DNA of 64,000 nt. It comes from Octopus sinensis. Its lineage: Eukaryota. The stretch is from positions 42,036,001-42,100,000 of the forward strand of contig NC_043008.1 in assembly GCF_006345805.1 (NCBI RefSeq). The letters run 5' to 3'. The notes beneath the pieces are model-generated. The model did no database searches, was not told the DNA's origin, and saw only the letters and a list, made by a program, of their open reading frames with translations. Shown here one piece after another: positions 52,873-64,000 of the stretch (positions are counted from its first letter, which is position 1; every line of letters begins with the position of its first letter). Made by a program: the position numbers and the translations under genes.

Positions 52873-53294
52873 ATAATATAGAAACTACTTTTTAAACATT
52901 GAATGGTTATGGGGGGAGGGGTGCACCAGAACACAATAATAATCAAAGGATTCCATAGATACAAAATGGTTCAGAACAACTGGAGGGATGTTGTGTTGCT
53001 ATTTCTAGCTATTCATGAGGCAGACTCTTTGCCAATACAAAAGCTTTGCCAGTAAAAAACAGCAAGAGAAATTTTCTGAAACGATTCCTTATTTAAAAAA
53101 AAAGAAGATATATCGGACATTATAGTCTTTCATACAGAGTTAACAAGAATTTAAATTCTAATGTATTCTAATTTTTATTCTAAATGTAAACAGTCTTTGA
53201 CATCGAGGAGCATGTGATGGCCACTTCCGGAACGGCTTGATCGGTGCTGTACAAGAGTCAGACGACAATAAGTACTAATATGGATACTAATAAA

Positions 53295-53515
53295 GGCAAT
53301 GAGCTGGCCGAATCGTTAGCACGCCGGACAAAAGGCTTAGCGGCGTTTCGACCGTCGAATTCAGCCGAGATCGAATTTGCCTTTCACCCTTTCAGGGTCG
53401 ATAAAATGAGTAACAGTTGAGCACTGAGGTCGGCGTAGCTGATGAGTTGCCGACCCCAAACTTACTGGACTTGTGCTAAAATTTGAAACCATTATCATTA
53501 TTATTATTATTATTA

Positions 53516-53549
<34 letters not shown>

Positions 53550-53583
53550 TTATTTTTATCATTATTATTATTATTATTATTAC

Positions 53584-53629
<46 letters not shown>

Positions 53630-53633
53630 TTTA

Positions 53634-53690
<57 letters not shown>

Positions 53691-53750
53691 TATTATTATT
53701 TTTATCATTATTATTATTATATTATTATTATTATTATTATATTATTTTTA

Positions 53751-53783
<33 letters not shown>

Positions 53784-54000
53784 TATTATTATTATTATGG
53801 TGGCGAGGTGTCAGAATCGTGAGCCTGACAAAATGCTTAGCGGCATTTCGTTCGCCTTTACGTTCTGCATTCAGATTCTACCAAATTCGATTTTGCCTTT
53901 CATCCTTTCGGTGCCGCTAATATAGGTACCAGCACTGGGGTACGGTAATCGACTGACCACTATTCCGTAATTGTTGGCCTTGTACCAAAACGTGAAACCA
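53295..54000 (+). mobile_element. Two SINE family B copies (about 53295-53490 and 53797-54000) separated by a ~310 bp (ATT)n tract
   Basis: Both have the ..AGAATCGT.AGC..GCC.GACAAAA.GCTTAGCGGC head and the ..CCAAAA..TGAAACC tail. The first tail runs into (ATT)n. Confidence 0.85.
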
Positions 54001-55585
54001 CTATCAATAATGGTACTATTGTTGTTATTGTTATTAAGTTATATAATATATTTAGTGCATACGTACCAATAATAACGACGACCGAGAGAGCCTTCTTATA
54101 TATAAGCTATTTTATAAACTAGAAATACAGCCAGATATCACACAAATCATATCAGGCCATCATAAAACAACGAGATCTTGCAGGCTAAGTATTAATCCCT
54201 ACATTGTACAACAATGTATATGTTTGAGATAAGAATAGGTGTATACGGTCAGGTCTAACCTAGAGCGACACTACAATACAAAACCAATAATGTATTTGAA
54301 TCGATTCCAGCGATTATACACCTCCGTGCCAAAACTCTAAATCAATATTCTAGATTCAGATTTTCCTGATATCTTCTGGACATTTATTACCATATAATTG
54401 TGTTTGACTGCCAAATGTTCGTGAAATTGGACCAATGAAACAGTTCTTATCGAATAGTTATTCGACAATTAAATATATATAAGCAGCAGTGAGTATGGCT
54501 TTGCTGTTTGACTTGAACATGATATAATTCTGGAGAGATATGATGGGAAACGTCACAGTTAAAGTTTATGATGAATTAGCTTAATATCCTGACATAAGTC
54601 TTCCGTTATTTACCAAATAAAATTTATGTATGGTGCTTGTCGAACGAGAGTTGTTAATTTACAGTAACAAGCTATATTTCACAGGAAGTGTTTATAATAA
54701 AGGGCTGCTGGAGAAACACACTTGACAGAATATTGTAAGATTAAGTTGCACACGACTATGAGTTCAAATCACAACGGGGTTGCCCTTGCCATTAATCACT
54801 AAAGATAAAATAAGAATCATTATGAAATATTGTTATATTATAAAACTAATTATATTATCAAATAGCATTAACTTTATTATCTCGCCTCCAGCGATTATAT
54901 TCCTCTCCCCACCCCCACTAACATGTTTCATGCCAAGACATTATGACAAAACCTAGTTATTTTTTTCTTTTGTCTTCTGTTTGCAATTTATTGGACACTG
55001 TTTCTTTATTAAACCACTACGAGATCTATCTCCTTGGATAATGATTGGATTAATACATTTACTCCTTAACTAATGACTCACATGGCTTTATCTATCCAAT
55101 CAAAACTCAATTATTGAAGGATCTTTCATATAACGCAAACTTCAGTAAAAAAAAAGTCAGGATTTGATAACAAAAAATAATAACATCAAATAAAAATGGA
55201 CATTATGATCAAATAGATTTGGTGTTGATTAAGAAACCAATTTGTCTTTGAAAATTAAATTAAGATGGTGAACAGGAAAAGAACCCCATAAATTTAGTTT
55301 TAAATTACCTGCGAAAATAATGGAATTAAAATTGCATTTCTGAAATATTCATTTGATATTATGAGAGATAGACGCGGTTTATGGCCATTTTGTAACGAGT
55401 AAGCAGAATGGTCTTGTGACACTTTATATCGTGATGATAAAATGTGTTAGACAGCGTCCTAATGCTTCAGGTGTTAGATTGCTGTGTTTGAGATAATAAA
55501 ATTAGTAAGATATTTCGCTATATGAAGGCCCGCTGTCTTCAAGTCCACTTACGAGGTTTTGTTAGTTTCTTTTACATTGTCTCTC

Positions 55586-55991
55586 TCTTTACTCTTTTAC
55601 TATTTTACTTGCTTCAGTCATTTGACTGCGGCCATGCTGGAGCACCGCCTTTAGTCGAGCAAATCGACCCCGGGACTTATTCTTTGTAAGCCCAGTACTT
55701 ATTCTATCTGTCTCTTTTGCCGAACCGTTAAGTGACGGGGACGTAAACACACCAACATCGGTTGTCAAGCAATGCTAATGGGTCAAACACAGACACACAA
55801 ACATACATACATACACATATATATACATATATACGACAGGCTTCTTTCAGTTTCTGTCTACCAAATCCACTCAAAAGGCATTGGTCGGCCCGAAGCTATA
55901 GCAGAAGACACTTGCCCAAGATGCCACGCAGTGGGACTGAACCCGGAACCATGTGGTTGGTTAGCAAGCTACTTACCACACAGCCACTCCT
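55586..55991 (-). mobile_element. SINE family A, full-length young copy
   Basis: Nearly identical to 59935-60345 over ~400 bp. Confidence 0.92.
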
Positions 55992-58164
55992 CCACCTCTG
56001 TTTCTATAGTTATAAGAAAATGTATCCAGATTATCTCAGGTCATCTTGGATTGTGAGGTCTGACACCAGACAGAATGTGACTACCTTGGTCCGATTTATT
56101 ACAAGAACTGGACACAGCTTGTGTCTACCGGCTCCCTTGGATGTTTGTTGTTCAACAACTCATGAAATTAGTCATAAATAATTTTTCAAGTGTGTTTCAG
56201 AGAGTTATTTTTGCTCATCTCTGAATCTTGATTTGTCTTTAGTGACTATATACATCAACTATACTCTTCCTCTATAATTTTGTCTATTAACCTTGGCCAG
56301 AGTAACGGGTAAGCGGAGTCCGTACGTTGTTATTGCTTCATCACAAATTCAAATCAATTCAATAGAAATATGCTGGAAGGCTATCCAAGCATGACCGTCT
56401 CATCGTCTTGAGGTTAACGAGGATTACATCATGTAATGTACTCCCAAATATTTACAGAGTAGTGTGTTATTTGATGGAAATTCCGCTACTATTTGCAGAA
56501 AGTCAAGCGACAAGGCAGAGCCATTCTCATGCATCAAGGGTTCTAACAAAACATTATTCTCAAGATGCTTCATTGTGAGATTTGATGAAACGAGAAATTC
56601 GCGATTATTTGAGACAAAATTCTATAAACGACTTACTGGTCCTAAATTTCCATTGTACAAAACAGCGTCCATTTTAGTTATATCGTTGTAATCAATTTAA
56701 ACTTTTTCACATTTATTTATTTTAATTACACCAGCAATAACAGATTTTGGCAGGGTAGAGTCAATCCCAACCTAATAACCCCTACCGCATGGCTCTTCCT
56801 TCAGGAGTTTACTTTTTGTTTGTAAACATTTAGGTCCTGGTCCCGATTTCCGGTTCCGTCAATGTTTCAACTGGGCATCTTTGGCTGCATCTATCACATA
56901 CGTCTGGGAGTGTAATGTGCAATGACCATGAGGACCCTGTTTCTTTTCTCCCCTAATGCAGCAATATTCAAATATCTCAAACTGTAAAGTCCGCTGCTCG
57001 TAATTCACGGAAGCTCGATGTATTTATTGCTAAACAGTGAAATAATAAAAAATACAGGTAAGGGGAACGGATTGCTTCATTATACGTATGTGTTTGAGAA
57101 AATCAGAGCATTCGGCTCGTTAGATGAATCAAAAAAGCATTAGTAAACGATGAGAGAGAGAAAGAAGAGAGAAGTAAGAGAAAGAGCGACGGAGAAAGAG
57201 AAAGGGTAACAGAGAGACACAGAGAGAGACTTAATGAATTTGAAATATAAAGAAATTGAGAAAGTTATAGTGGAAAAAGATGTTAATCAGAGGTTGTTAA
57301 GTACAAATTTTATGAGGTGAGTCGCAGGAAAACCGAAAAGAAAAGACTGAATGAAAAGAGAGAAAAATTGTTGATATTCTTAACTAACTTCTGTGTTGTT
57401 AATTCAATTAATATTTTAAGCGTGTTATATAAACCATAAATTATTCCTTTGTTTTGTTCTGCTCATTTCGCACAAAACTTTTGATGCCGTGTAGAGGTCT
57501 GTGAGAACACGAGCTGTTTCCTTTATTTCATATTTAATTCTTCAATGAAATATTCCAATAACATTTGGAATGCTTCTCCAAATTCAATAATATTTACCAA
57601 CCTTAAAGAACGAGCAAATCTAAGAAATCTCTTCAGTAACACTAAGTTATATATAATAAATAACGAAAACTAGAGTTCTTTGTTATATTATTAATATTTT
57701 GGCTCCTTTCGACTTAAACATATATATTCATGCAATATTTTCTCGACCATACTTTCACAGTAATTCCAAATTCACTCAATAATTCTTTCGCATTTCCCTC
57801 GTTTATCTTTGTTGAGTTTTCTTCTTAATTTTTGCTTCGATTTTTTTATTGATAATGATATTTCACTTAATCGAAAATTTATATTAAAACGGACGTTTTA
57901 GGTATTCGTTCTCTCCTGTGTATCTTTTTTTTTAAACAATTTTCATGATTTCCCAGAGAATAGAATATAACTTTAATTAAGGATCTAAGTTTCGTAATAA
58001 ATAACTTTAAGGTATCCTCATCATTAGAAATATGCGACATCAAAGTGGAAATATAGGAATCCATTGCAAAGTGATGGCTGAAACTAAAATGGTTAATATT
58101 TCCATCTGGAATAACTTTTAGATATCTCAGCAAACTTGATTCTTTCGCTTAAATTTTATGCAGT

Positions 58165-58563
58165 ACTAGCAGTATCGCCCGGCGTTGCTCGGGTTTGTAA
58201 GGGAAATAACTATATAAGCATTTTTAGAGAGTTATAGCCCAAAAATAGCAAATAAATGCATTAAAAATGGAAAAAAATCATGGTAAATTTTTTTTTAAAT
58301 CGTTGACTCATCGTAGACATTTTTAGAGAGTTACTGCCCTTATATAATAGCGAAAAAGATGCATTAAAATGGAAAAAATGATGGTAATTTTTTTTTTAAA
58401 TCGTAGACTCATCGTAGACGCGCGCTAATACCCAGAAGGGCTCGATATGAATCACGACTACAAGATACCCAGTTTTGGTTAAACTGCACCGCAAAATGTG
58501 GGAGTAGTTAGGAATCTAAATCGTAGGAGACAGACACACAACTTGACTTTTATATATAACGAT
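58165..58563 (-). mobile_element. Non-autonomous Helitron/HINE-like element with an internal ~100-bp tandem duplication
   Basis: On the minus strand the 3' end is the hairpin CCCGAGCAACGCCGGG (58178-58193) followed by ..CTAGT, and the 5' end is ..TATATAAAAG..GTGTGTCTGTCT. Two copies of CATTTTTAGAGAGTTA...AAATCGT.GACTCATCGTAGA occur within ~58219-58428. Confidence 0.8.
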
Positions 58564-58691
58564 TTCGTTTTTGGATTAAATATTCACCAGGATTGGAAAG
58601 AAAAGTAAACACTAGTTAGCTTCCGAATGCACAAAGATATACTCGCGAAATGATCTCCGACACACGCACATACACACAGACACAGACAGAG

Positions 58692-58773
<82 letters not shown>

Positions 58774-59934
58774 CTATGTATGTGTGTGTGGGTGCTTTGC
58801 TCACTATGCAAATGTGAATTACCTGTCCTAAGAAGATCAATTTTTACAAAATTCCAAACAAACGTGTGAGAAGCTGTTATTTTTATAACATGAATGCTTA
58901 TCGTCATTGTTCCAAGAATATCGATATCTTCTGTTCACAAAACTATTGTTTAGCCTCACTTCCCTATCTATATCGATACAATCTCTACATATGTGGTCTT
59001 CTTATAATTAATATCGTACTTGAGGTTTGAGACAAAAACCAACTCCAGGCAAAATGATGAGAATTTAGCACGTGGTAAGATTTATTTGCAACTTGGAATA
59101 AATTCACTTAGTTTGATCATGTATCTGTGTTATTATAGATTTAGATACTTTAACAGTTTTTGAAAATAAGAACTCTCTTACGATGATAAGTGGAACCAAA
59201 ATGGCTGACGAGTTACTCGATTCAAGTAACAGGTGCATCGAAACATAGAAGAAAATTTGAGGCTGTTTGCTTTAGCAGAGTTATTTTAGTCTCTAATTAT
59301 AACTTAAACGCATTGATTGGAGTTGTTGCTTACTCTCAAATTATCCCAGATTTCATATCAAATGAGGTTTATTCTGTATGTGTGTATGAGTGTTTGATTT
59401 TAGGAATACTTCATTCTGTCCGCAATGGACTGAGTACAGCCCTTTCCCCACCTTCTGCCGCACGACGTCATTGCCTTGTATCATCTGTTGTTTCCCACGT
59501 CAGTTTGGTGTATTTAAGAAGTTAAAGTATTGAATCCTTTTGTAAAATTTCCCTCGTGGATGAAATAAATTCTAACAAAGATTTGCTTCGTTGAATTGCT
59601 GGACAATACATTTATTTTGTGCTACAGCTTATCTTGTTCACAGCAACACGGACTAAATCTAAGGTCAATAAATACGTACAGTGGACTTGTGTCTTTCTTT
59701 TTCAGAAACTAATGTGTACTTATTCAGTATTCTATGTGTATGACGTCTACGTATTATTAATAAGCAGCTGGAATAGTATTCCTCCGAAGGATACCTGAAA
59801 TAACCTTTCTCGACACTAAGAGGCCACTGCTGTAGTATTGCAGACATGTGATAAGACTATCGCAGTAAAGAATCGAAAGACAAATTCTTCTAGCGGAGCC
59901 GATCAGCAGCAGACCTGAGAATATGACGGAGACA

Positions 59935-60345
59935 TACTCTTTTTACTCTTTTTACTTGTTTCAGTCATTTGACTGCGGCCATGCTGGAGCACCGCCTTTA
60001 GTCGAGCAAATCGACCCCGGGACTTATTCTTTGTAAGCCCAGTACTTATTCTATCGGTCTCTTTTGCCGAACCGCTAAGTTACGGGGACGTAAACACACC
60101 AGCATCGGTTGTCAAGCAATGCTAGGGGAACAAACACAGACACATATTCACACACACTTATATATATATATACATATATACGACAGGCTTCTTTCAGTTT
60201 CCGTCTACCAAATCCACTCACAAGGCATTGGTCGGCCCGGGGCTATAGCAGAAGACACTTGCCCAAGATGCCACGCAGTGGGACTGAACCCGGAACCATG
60301 TGGTTGGTTAGCAAGCTACTTACCAAACAGCCACTCCTGCGCCTA
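59935..60345 (-). mobile_element. SINE family A, full-length young copy
   Basis: Complete from the head (TAGGCGCAGGAGTGGCTG on the minus strand) to the (AAAAAGAGT)n tail. Confidence 0.93.
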
Positions 60346-60496
60346 TAGATAATACTAGATAATACCCATAGACTCTGTTTATGACGCTTAAGAATCCAGC
60401 AGTAAAGTGTAAAGATGGCTGTATGCAATAGGATCCTATGGAGAGAGTGTGTGAGGCCTCTACCGCCAAGACTTTTCCAAGGATATTGGGCAAAGA

Positions 60497-60620
60497 AGAT
60501 GGATGGATGGATGGATGGATGGATGGATGGATGGACGGACGGGCGGACGGATGGATGGATGGATGGATGGACGGGCGGACGGACAGACGGATGGATGGAT
60601 GGATGGATGGATGGATGGAA
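60497..60620. repeat. (GGAT)n with (GGAC/GGGC) variant blocks
   Basis: Directly visible. Confidence 0.96.
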
Positions 60621-61019
60621 GGAATGCTTCCATTTCACAAATGGCGGTAACCAAATATTTACATTCCATACAGACAAAATCACTTAAATCGTCAGTGAAT
60701 ATATTGTGGTCCCAGCTTTACATAGATAAAGGAATGTTCTGCCCGAATCACCTTTGACCTTGATCAAGGGTCATCAGAATCTAAACAACAGCAGCAACAA
60801 CAAGAACTACTACATGATTTATACAAAGGTTCTCGTGAGATTATGTGACATTCAAGAATTCACCTGATCAAAGTTCAAATGATGTTGGACCAAACTTTGT
60901 ATTTCTCTGATGAGAATGTCGATAGAAATCAGTGCTAATCAATCAATCAATCGACGGACTTATATATTTTCTCCAGATGTCTCTAGTCTAGAAATTATGT
61001 AAAACAGCGCTGTTATTAC

Positions 61020-61305
61020 TATTGATGAAGATGACGATGATGAGGATGACGACGACGACGACGAGGAAGAGAAGGAGGAGAAGTATGATGATGATGACGA
61101 TAATGATGATGAGGATGATGAGGATGATGATGACGATGATGATGATGATGACGATGAGGATGATGACGATGAGGATGATGATGATGATGATGATGAGGAG
61201 GAGGAGGAGGAAGAAAGGATGACAAGAATGATGATGATGATGATGATGACGATGACGTCGACGACGACGAGGAAGAGAAGGAGAAGGATGATGAAGATGA
61301 TGGCA
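61020..61305. repeat. (GAT/GAC/GAG)n trinucleotide tract
   Basis: Directly visible. Confidence 0.93.
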
Positions 61306-61908
61306 TCTTTGTCGTTGCTATTCTGGTTGTTGCATTTCTTTGCCTCCAGATCAAAGCTGCCCGAACATATGTATAATCAAAGGCAGCGCAGCCGTGACCA
61401 TCCCGTCTATTTCACGTAAGATTACCTTATATTATTTGTCATCATTTAAGACGTTCCTCATTTCGGACATCCCAGAGAAAGGAAAACAATAAACAGCAGT
61501 TACCTACCGATTCCCTATTCCAAATATCAACAATCAGGTGAAAACCATTAAAAGTACTCATGACCTCAAGTACCACCTTGGGGTGCGAAACCTTCCCGAC
61601 AGATTCTCTGCCATCTTTGGTCATGTGTCTTTATATGGGTCTATAAAGACAAGGTACTTCCTTCCTCGCTGTATCCGTTCTACCGGCAGCCAGTTAATAT
61701 CATCGCGTGCTAATCAGTAATGACAGTTCGGAAAGTTTGTCTCAGACATTGCTTTTAAAAACATAATTATTCATATTTAAGGAATTTAGAAATGCCGTCT
61801 TGTAATTCAATTAATTTGCTAATCTTACTGAGTGCAGCGAAATGTGTACACCATCACGTGTGTGGTGTGTGTGTGGTGTGTATGTAATATGTTTCCATAC
61901 ATACATAA

Positions 61909-61974
<66 letters not shown>

Positions 61975-62180
61975 GGTATACATATATGTATGTATATATG
62001 TATATAATATATATATATGTGTGTGTGTGTGTGTATGTGTAAGTCTATGAATCAAGGTATATGTTATTTAAAAGTTTGATTCGGTTATATATCTACACGA
62101 ATACACACACATATATATGCATATATATATATATGTAGATGCATAACCGAATCATGTATAGATATCATTTTGTATGTATA

Positions 62181-62211
<31 letters not shown>

Positions 62212-62419
62212 GTGGGTGTGTGTGTGGTGTGTGTGTTGTGTATGTAGTATGTATATATATATTATATATATATATATATATAAAGAAAGAGGAAGAGGCA
62301 AAATGTACAGTTAGCATGTATTGTACATACACTTAGACGCAAATATTTACAAATTCAAATATTCATATCTGCGTGTGTATTTGCGTATCTGTGTGTGTGT
62401 TTGTATTTATGGCCTACCA

Positions 62420-62560
62420 CCGATTGACAACCGGTGTTGGTCTGTTTCTGTCACCGTAACTTTGATGTTCGGTAAAAGAAACGGATATTGGAGTCGATTC
62501 GTTCGACTAAATTTCATCAAGGCTGTACCCCAGCATGGCCGCAGTCTGAAGCAACTAAAA
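62420..62560 (+). mobile_element. SINE family A, 3' fragment
   Basis: CCGATTGACAACCGGTGTTGG...CCAGCATGGCCGCAGTC...GAAGCAACTAAAAG. Confidence 0.7.
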
Positions 62561-62777
62561 GAATAACAGAACTGATTATTATACAGCATAACCTCTCTGT
62601 TTCTCTATGGATCGGTCTATCTCTCACTCGTTCTGATCGACATTCCTCCTGTGACGTTCCACACCGAACTGACATATTGATTAAACTCCCCTCACAAACA
62701 ATCATCTTAACTTCTAATTTCTTAATTAATATCTCTTGCTCTCGTCCAAAAAAATATTGAACAGGATAATTGCAGTT

Positions 62778-63300
62778 ACTGCTGCTGCTGCTGCTGTTGT
62801 TGTTGTTGGTGGTGGTGGTGGCGGTGGTGGTGGTGGTGGTGGTGGTGGTGGTGGTGGTGGTGGTGGCGGTGGTGGTGGTGGTGGTGGTGGTGGTGGTGGT
62901 GGTGGTGGTGGTGGGGCGGTGATGGTGGTGGTGGTCGTCGTCGTCGACGTCGTGATCGTGGTGGCGGCGGCGGCGTTTGTGGTGGTGGTAGTGGTAGTAG
63001 TGGTGGTGTGGTGGTGGTGTGGTGGTCGTGGTAGTGTAGTGGGGGTTTGGTTGTGGTGGTGGTGGTAGTGGTGTGGTAGGCGATGTGGTGTTTGTGGTGA
63101 TGGTGGTGGTAATGGTAGTGGAGGTGGTGGTGGTGTAGTCAGTGATCGTGGTTATTGGAGGGGCTTAGACATAATGGTTGTGGAACAGACTGCTTTTACT
63201 AGTGATGATGTAAATGCTGTTATTAGTATCAGAACTGGTGATACAGTGGTGGTGGTGGTGTGGTGGTGGTGGTGGTGGTGGTGGTGGCGCTGTTGGTGGT
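62778..63300. repeat. (GCT)(GTT)(GGT)n GT-rich trinucleotide tract
   Basis: Directly visible; near-pure (GGT)n at ~62807-62912. Confidence 0.95.
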
Positions 63301-63410
63301 GAACTTATGTTCGCTTACTTTTTAGTTTAAAATATTTTCTGTTTAATTTAATGAAATAGGATGGTATTTACAGATAATTTACATTGATAGAGGAAAGAAG
63401 GAGAGAGGGA

Positions 63411-63441
<31 letters not shown>

Positions 63442-63479
63442 TTCATAGATAGGTAGATAGATGGATGGATAGATGGATG

Positions 63480-63668
63480 TTTGTCCCCCCCCCACCATCG
63501 TTTGACAACCAATGCTGGTGTGTTTACGTTCCAGCAACCTACTGGTTCGGCAAAACAGCACGATAGAATAAGTACTAGGTTTACAAAGAATACGCTCTGG
63601 GGTCGAAATGCTGGTCTAAAGGCGGTGTTCCAGCATGACCGCAGTCAAATGACTGATACAAATAAATA
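63480..63668 (+). mobile_element. SINE family A, 3' half
   Basis: CATCGTTTGACAACCAATGCTGGTGTGTTTACG...AAAGGCGGTGTTCCAGCATGACCGCAGTCAAATGACTGA. Confidence 0.82.
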
Positions 63669-63759
63669 CAAAAAATACGTACATAGAGAGACAGAGAGAG
63701 GAGGAGAGGGAGACAGGGAGACAGGGAGAGAGGAAGAGAGGAGGATATTTATATGAGTA

Positions 63760-63808
63760 GAGATAGATAAGTAGATAGATAGACAGATAGATATATATAT
63801 ATATATAT

Positions 63809-63870
<62 letters not shown>

Positions 63871-63875
63871 GGATG

Positions 63876-63945
<70 letters not shown>

Positions 63946-63953
63946 AAGATATA

Positions 63954-63995
<42 letters not shown>

Positions 63996-64000
63996 GATAG
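63760..64000. repeat. (GATA)n with (TA)n interruptions, running off the window
   Basis: Directly visible. Confidence 0.97.

Larger units (their letters stand above)
52026..52982. mobile_element. Probable old hAT (Charlie-like) MITE hosting two nested SINEs
   Basis: The ends CAATGGTATTCAACC (52026) and GGTTCAGAACAACTG (52968-52982) are imperfect inverted repeats resembling CAGTGGTTCTCAACC. The 8-bp flanks do not match. Confidence 0.45.

Noticed and set aside
41912-60352. Recurring ORFs ending ..[12 protein letters not shown].. or ..[12 protein letters not shown] (also at 4231, 4328, 44278, 52240, 55762, 60109)
   Set aside because: They are translations of SINE-A heads, not a gene family.
60750-60780. 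Palindrome GACCTTGATCAAGGGTC next to a minus-strand CTGATGA
   Set aside because: It lacks GAAA and is a short palindrome only.
61003-61419. Long Asp/Glu-rich open frame
   Set aside because: It has no start or convincing splice entry, and the acidic frame shifts at ~61215. The 24-bp duplicate at 61054 and 61260 fits repeat turnover rather than coding.

Overview
This is eukaryotic, very AT-rich, gene-poor DNA, crowded with simple repeats [(TA)n, (CA)n, (GATA)n, (AAT)n, (GGT)n, (GGAT)n, (GAT)n] and short interspersed repeats. The SINE families and microsatellite density match what I recall of octopus (Octopus sp.) genomes; this is recognition from memory, not a database search. I cannot identify any intact host protein-coding gene, and nearly all ORFs in the supplied track are translations of microsatellites or SINEs. 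The recognisable coding sequence is all decayed transposon: a truncated mariner transposase (4553-5343, -), an internally deleted L1/Tx1-clade LINE (25975-27444, -) and the 3' end of an RTE/BovB-like LINE (46868-47344, -). At least four tRNA-derived SINE families, two non-autonomous Helitron-like elements and a probable hAT MITE are present. The most notable item is a complete type I hammerhead ribozyme motif at 20453-20543 (+) inside a ~1 kb non-coding element bounded by (TA)n. It has the Penelope/retrozyme architecture and two CpG-type changes. Other items worth checking are two template-switch-like hairpins near 13.7 and 14.2 kb, nested and tandem SINE structures, a candidate recursive splice site, a 15-nt microexon and several unassigned exon-like segments. 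These exon calls are unverified. I found no evidence of a wholly new multi-gene system.
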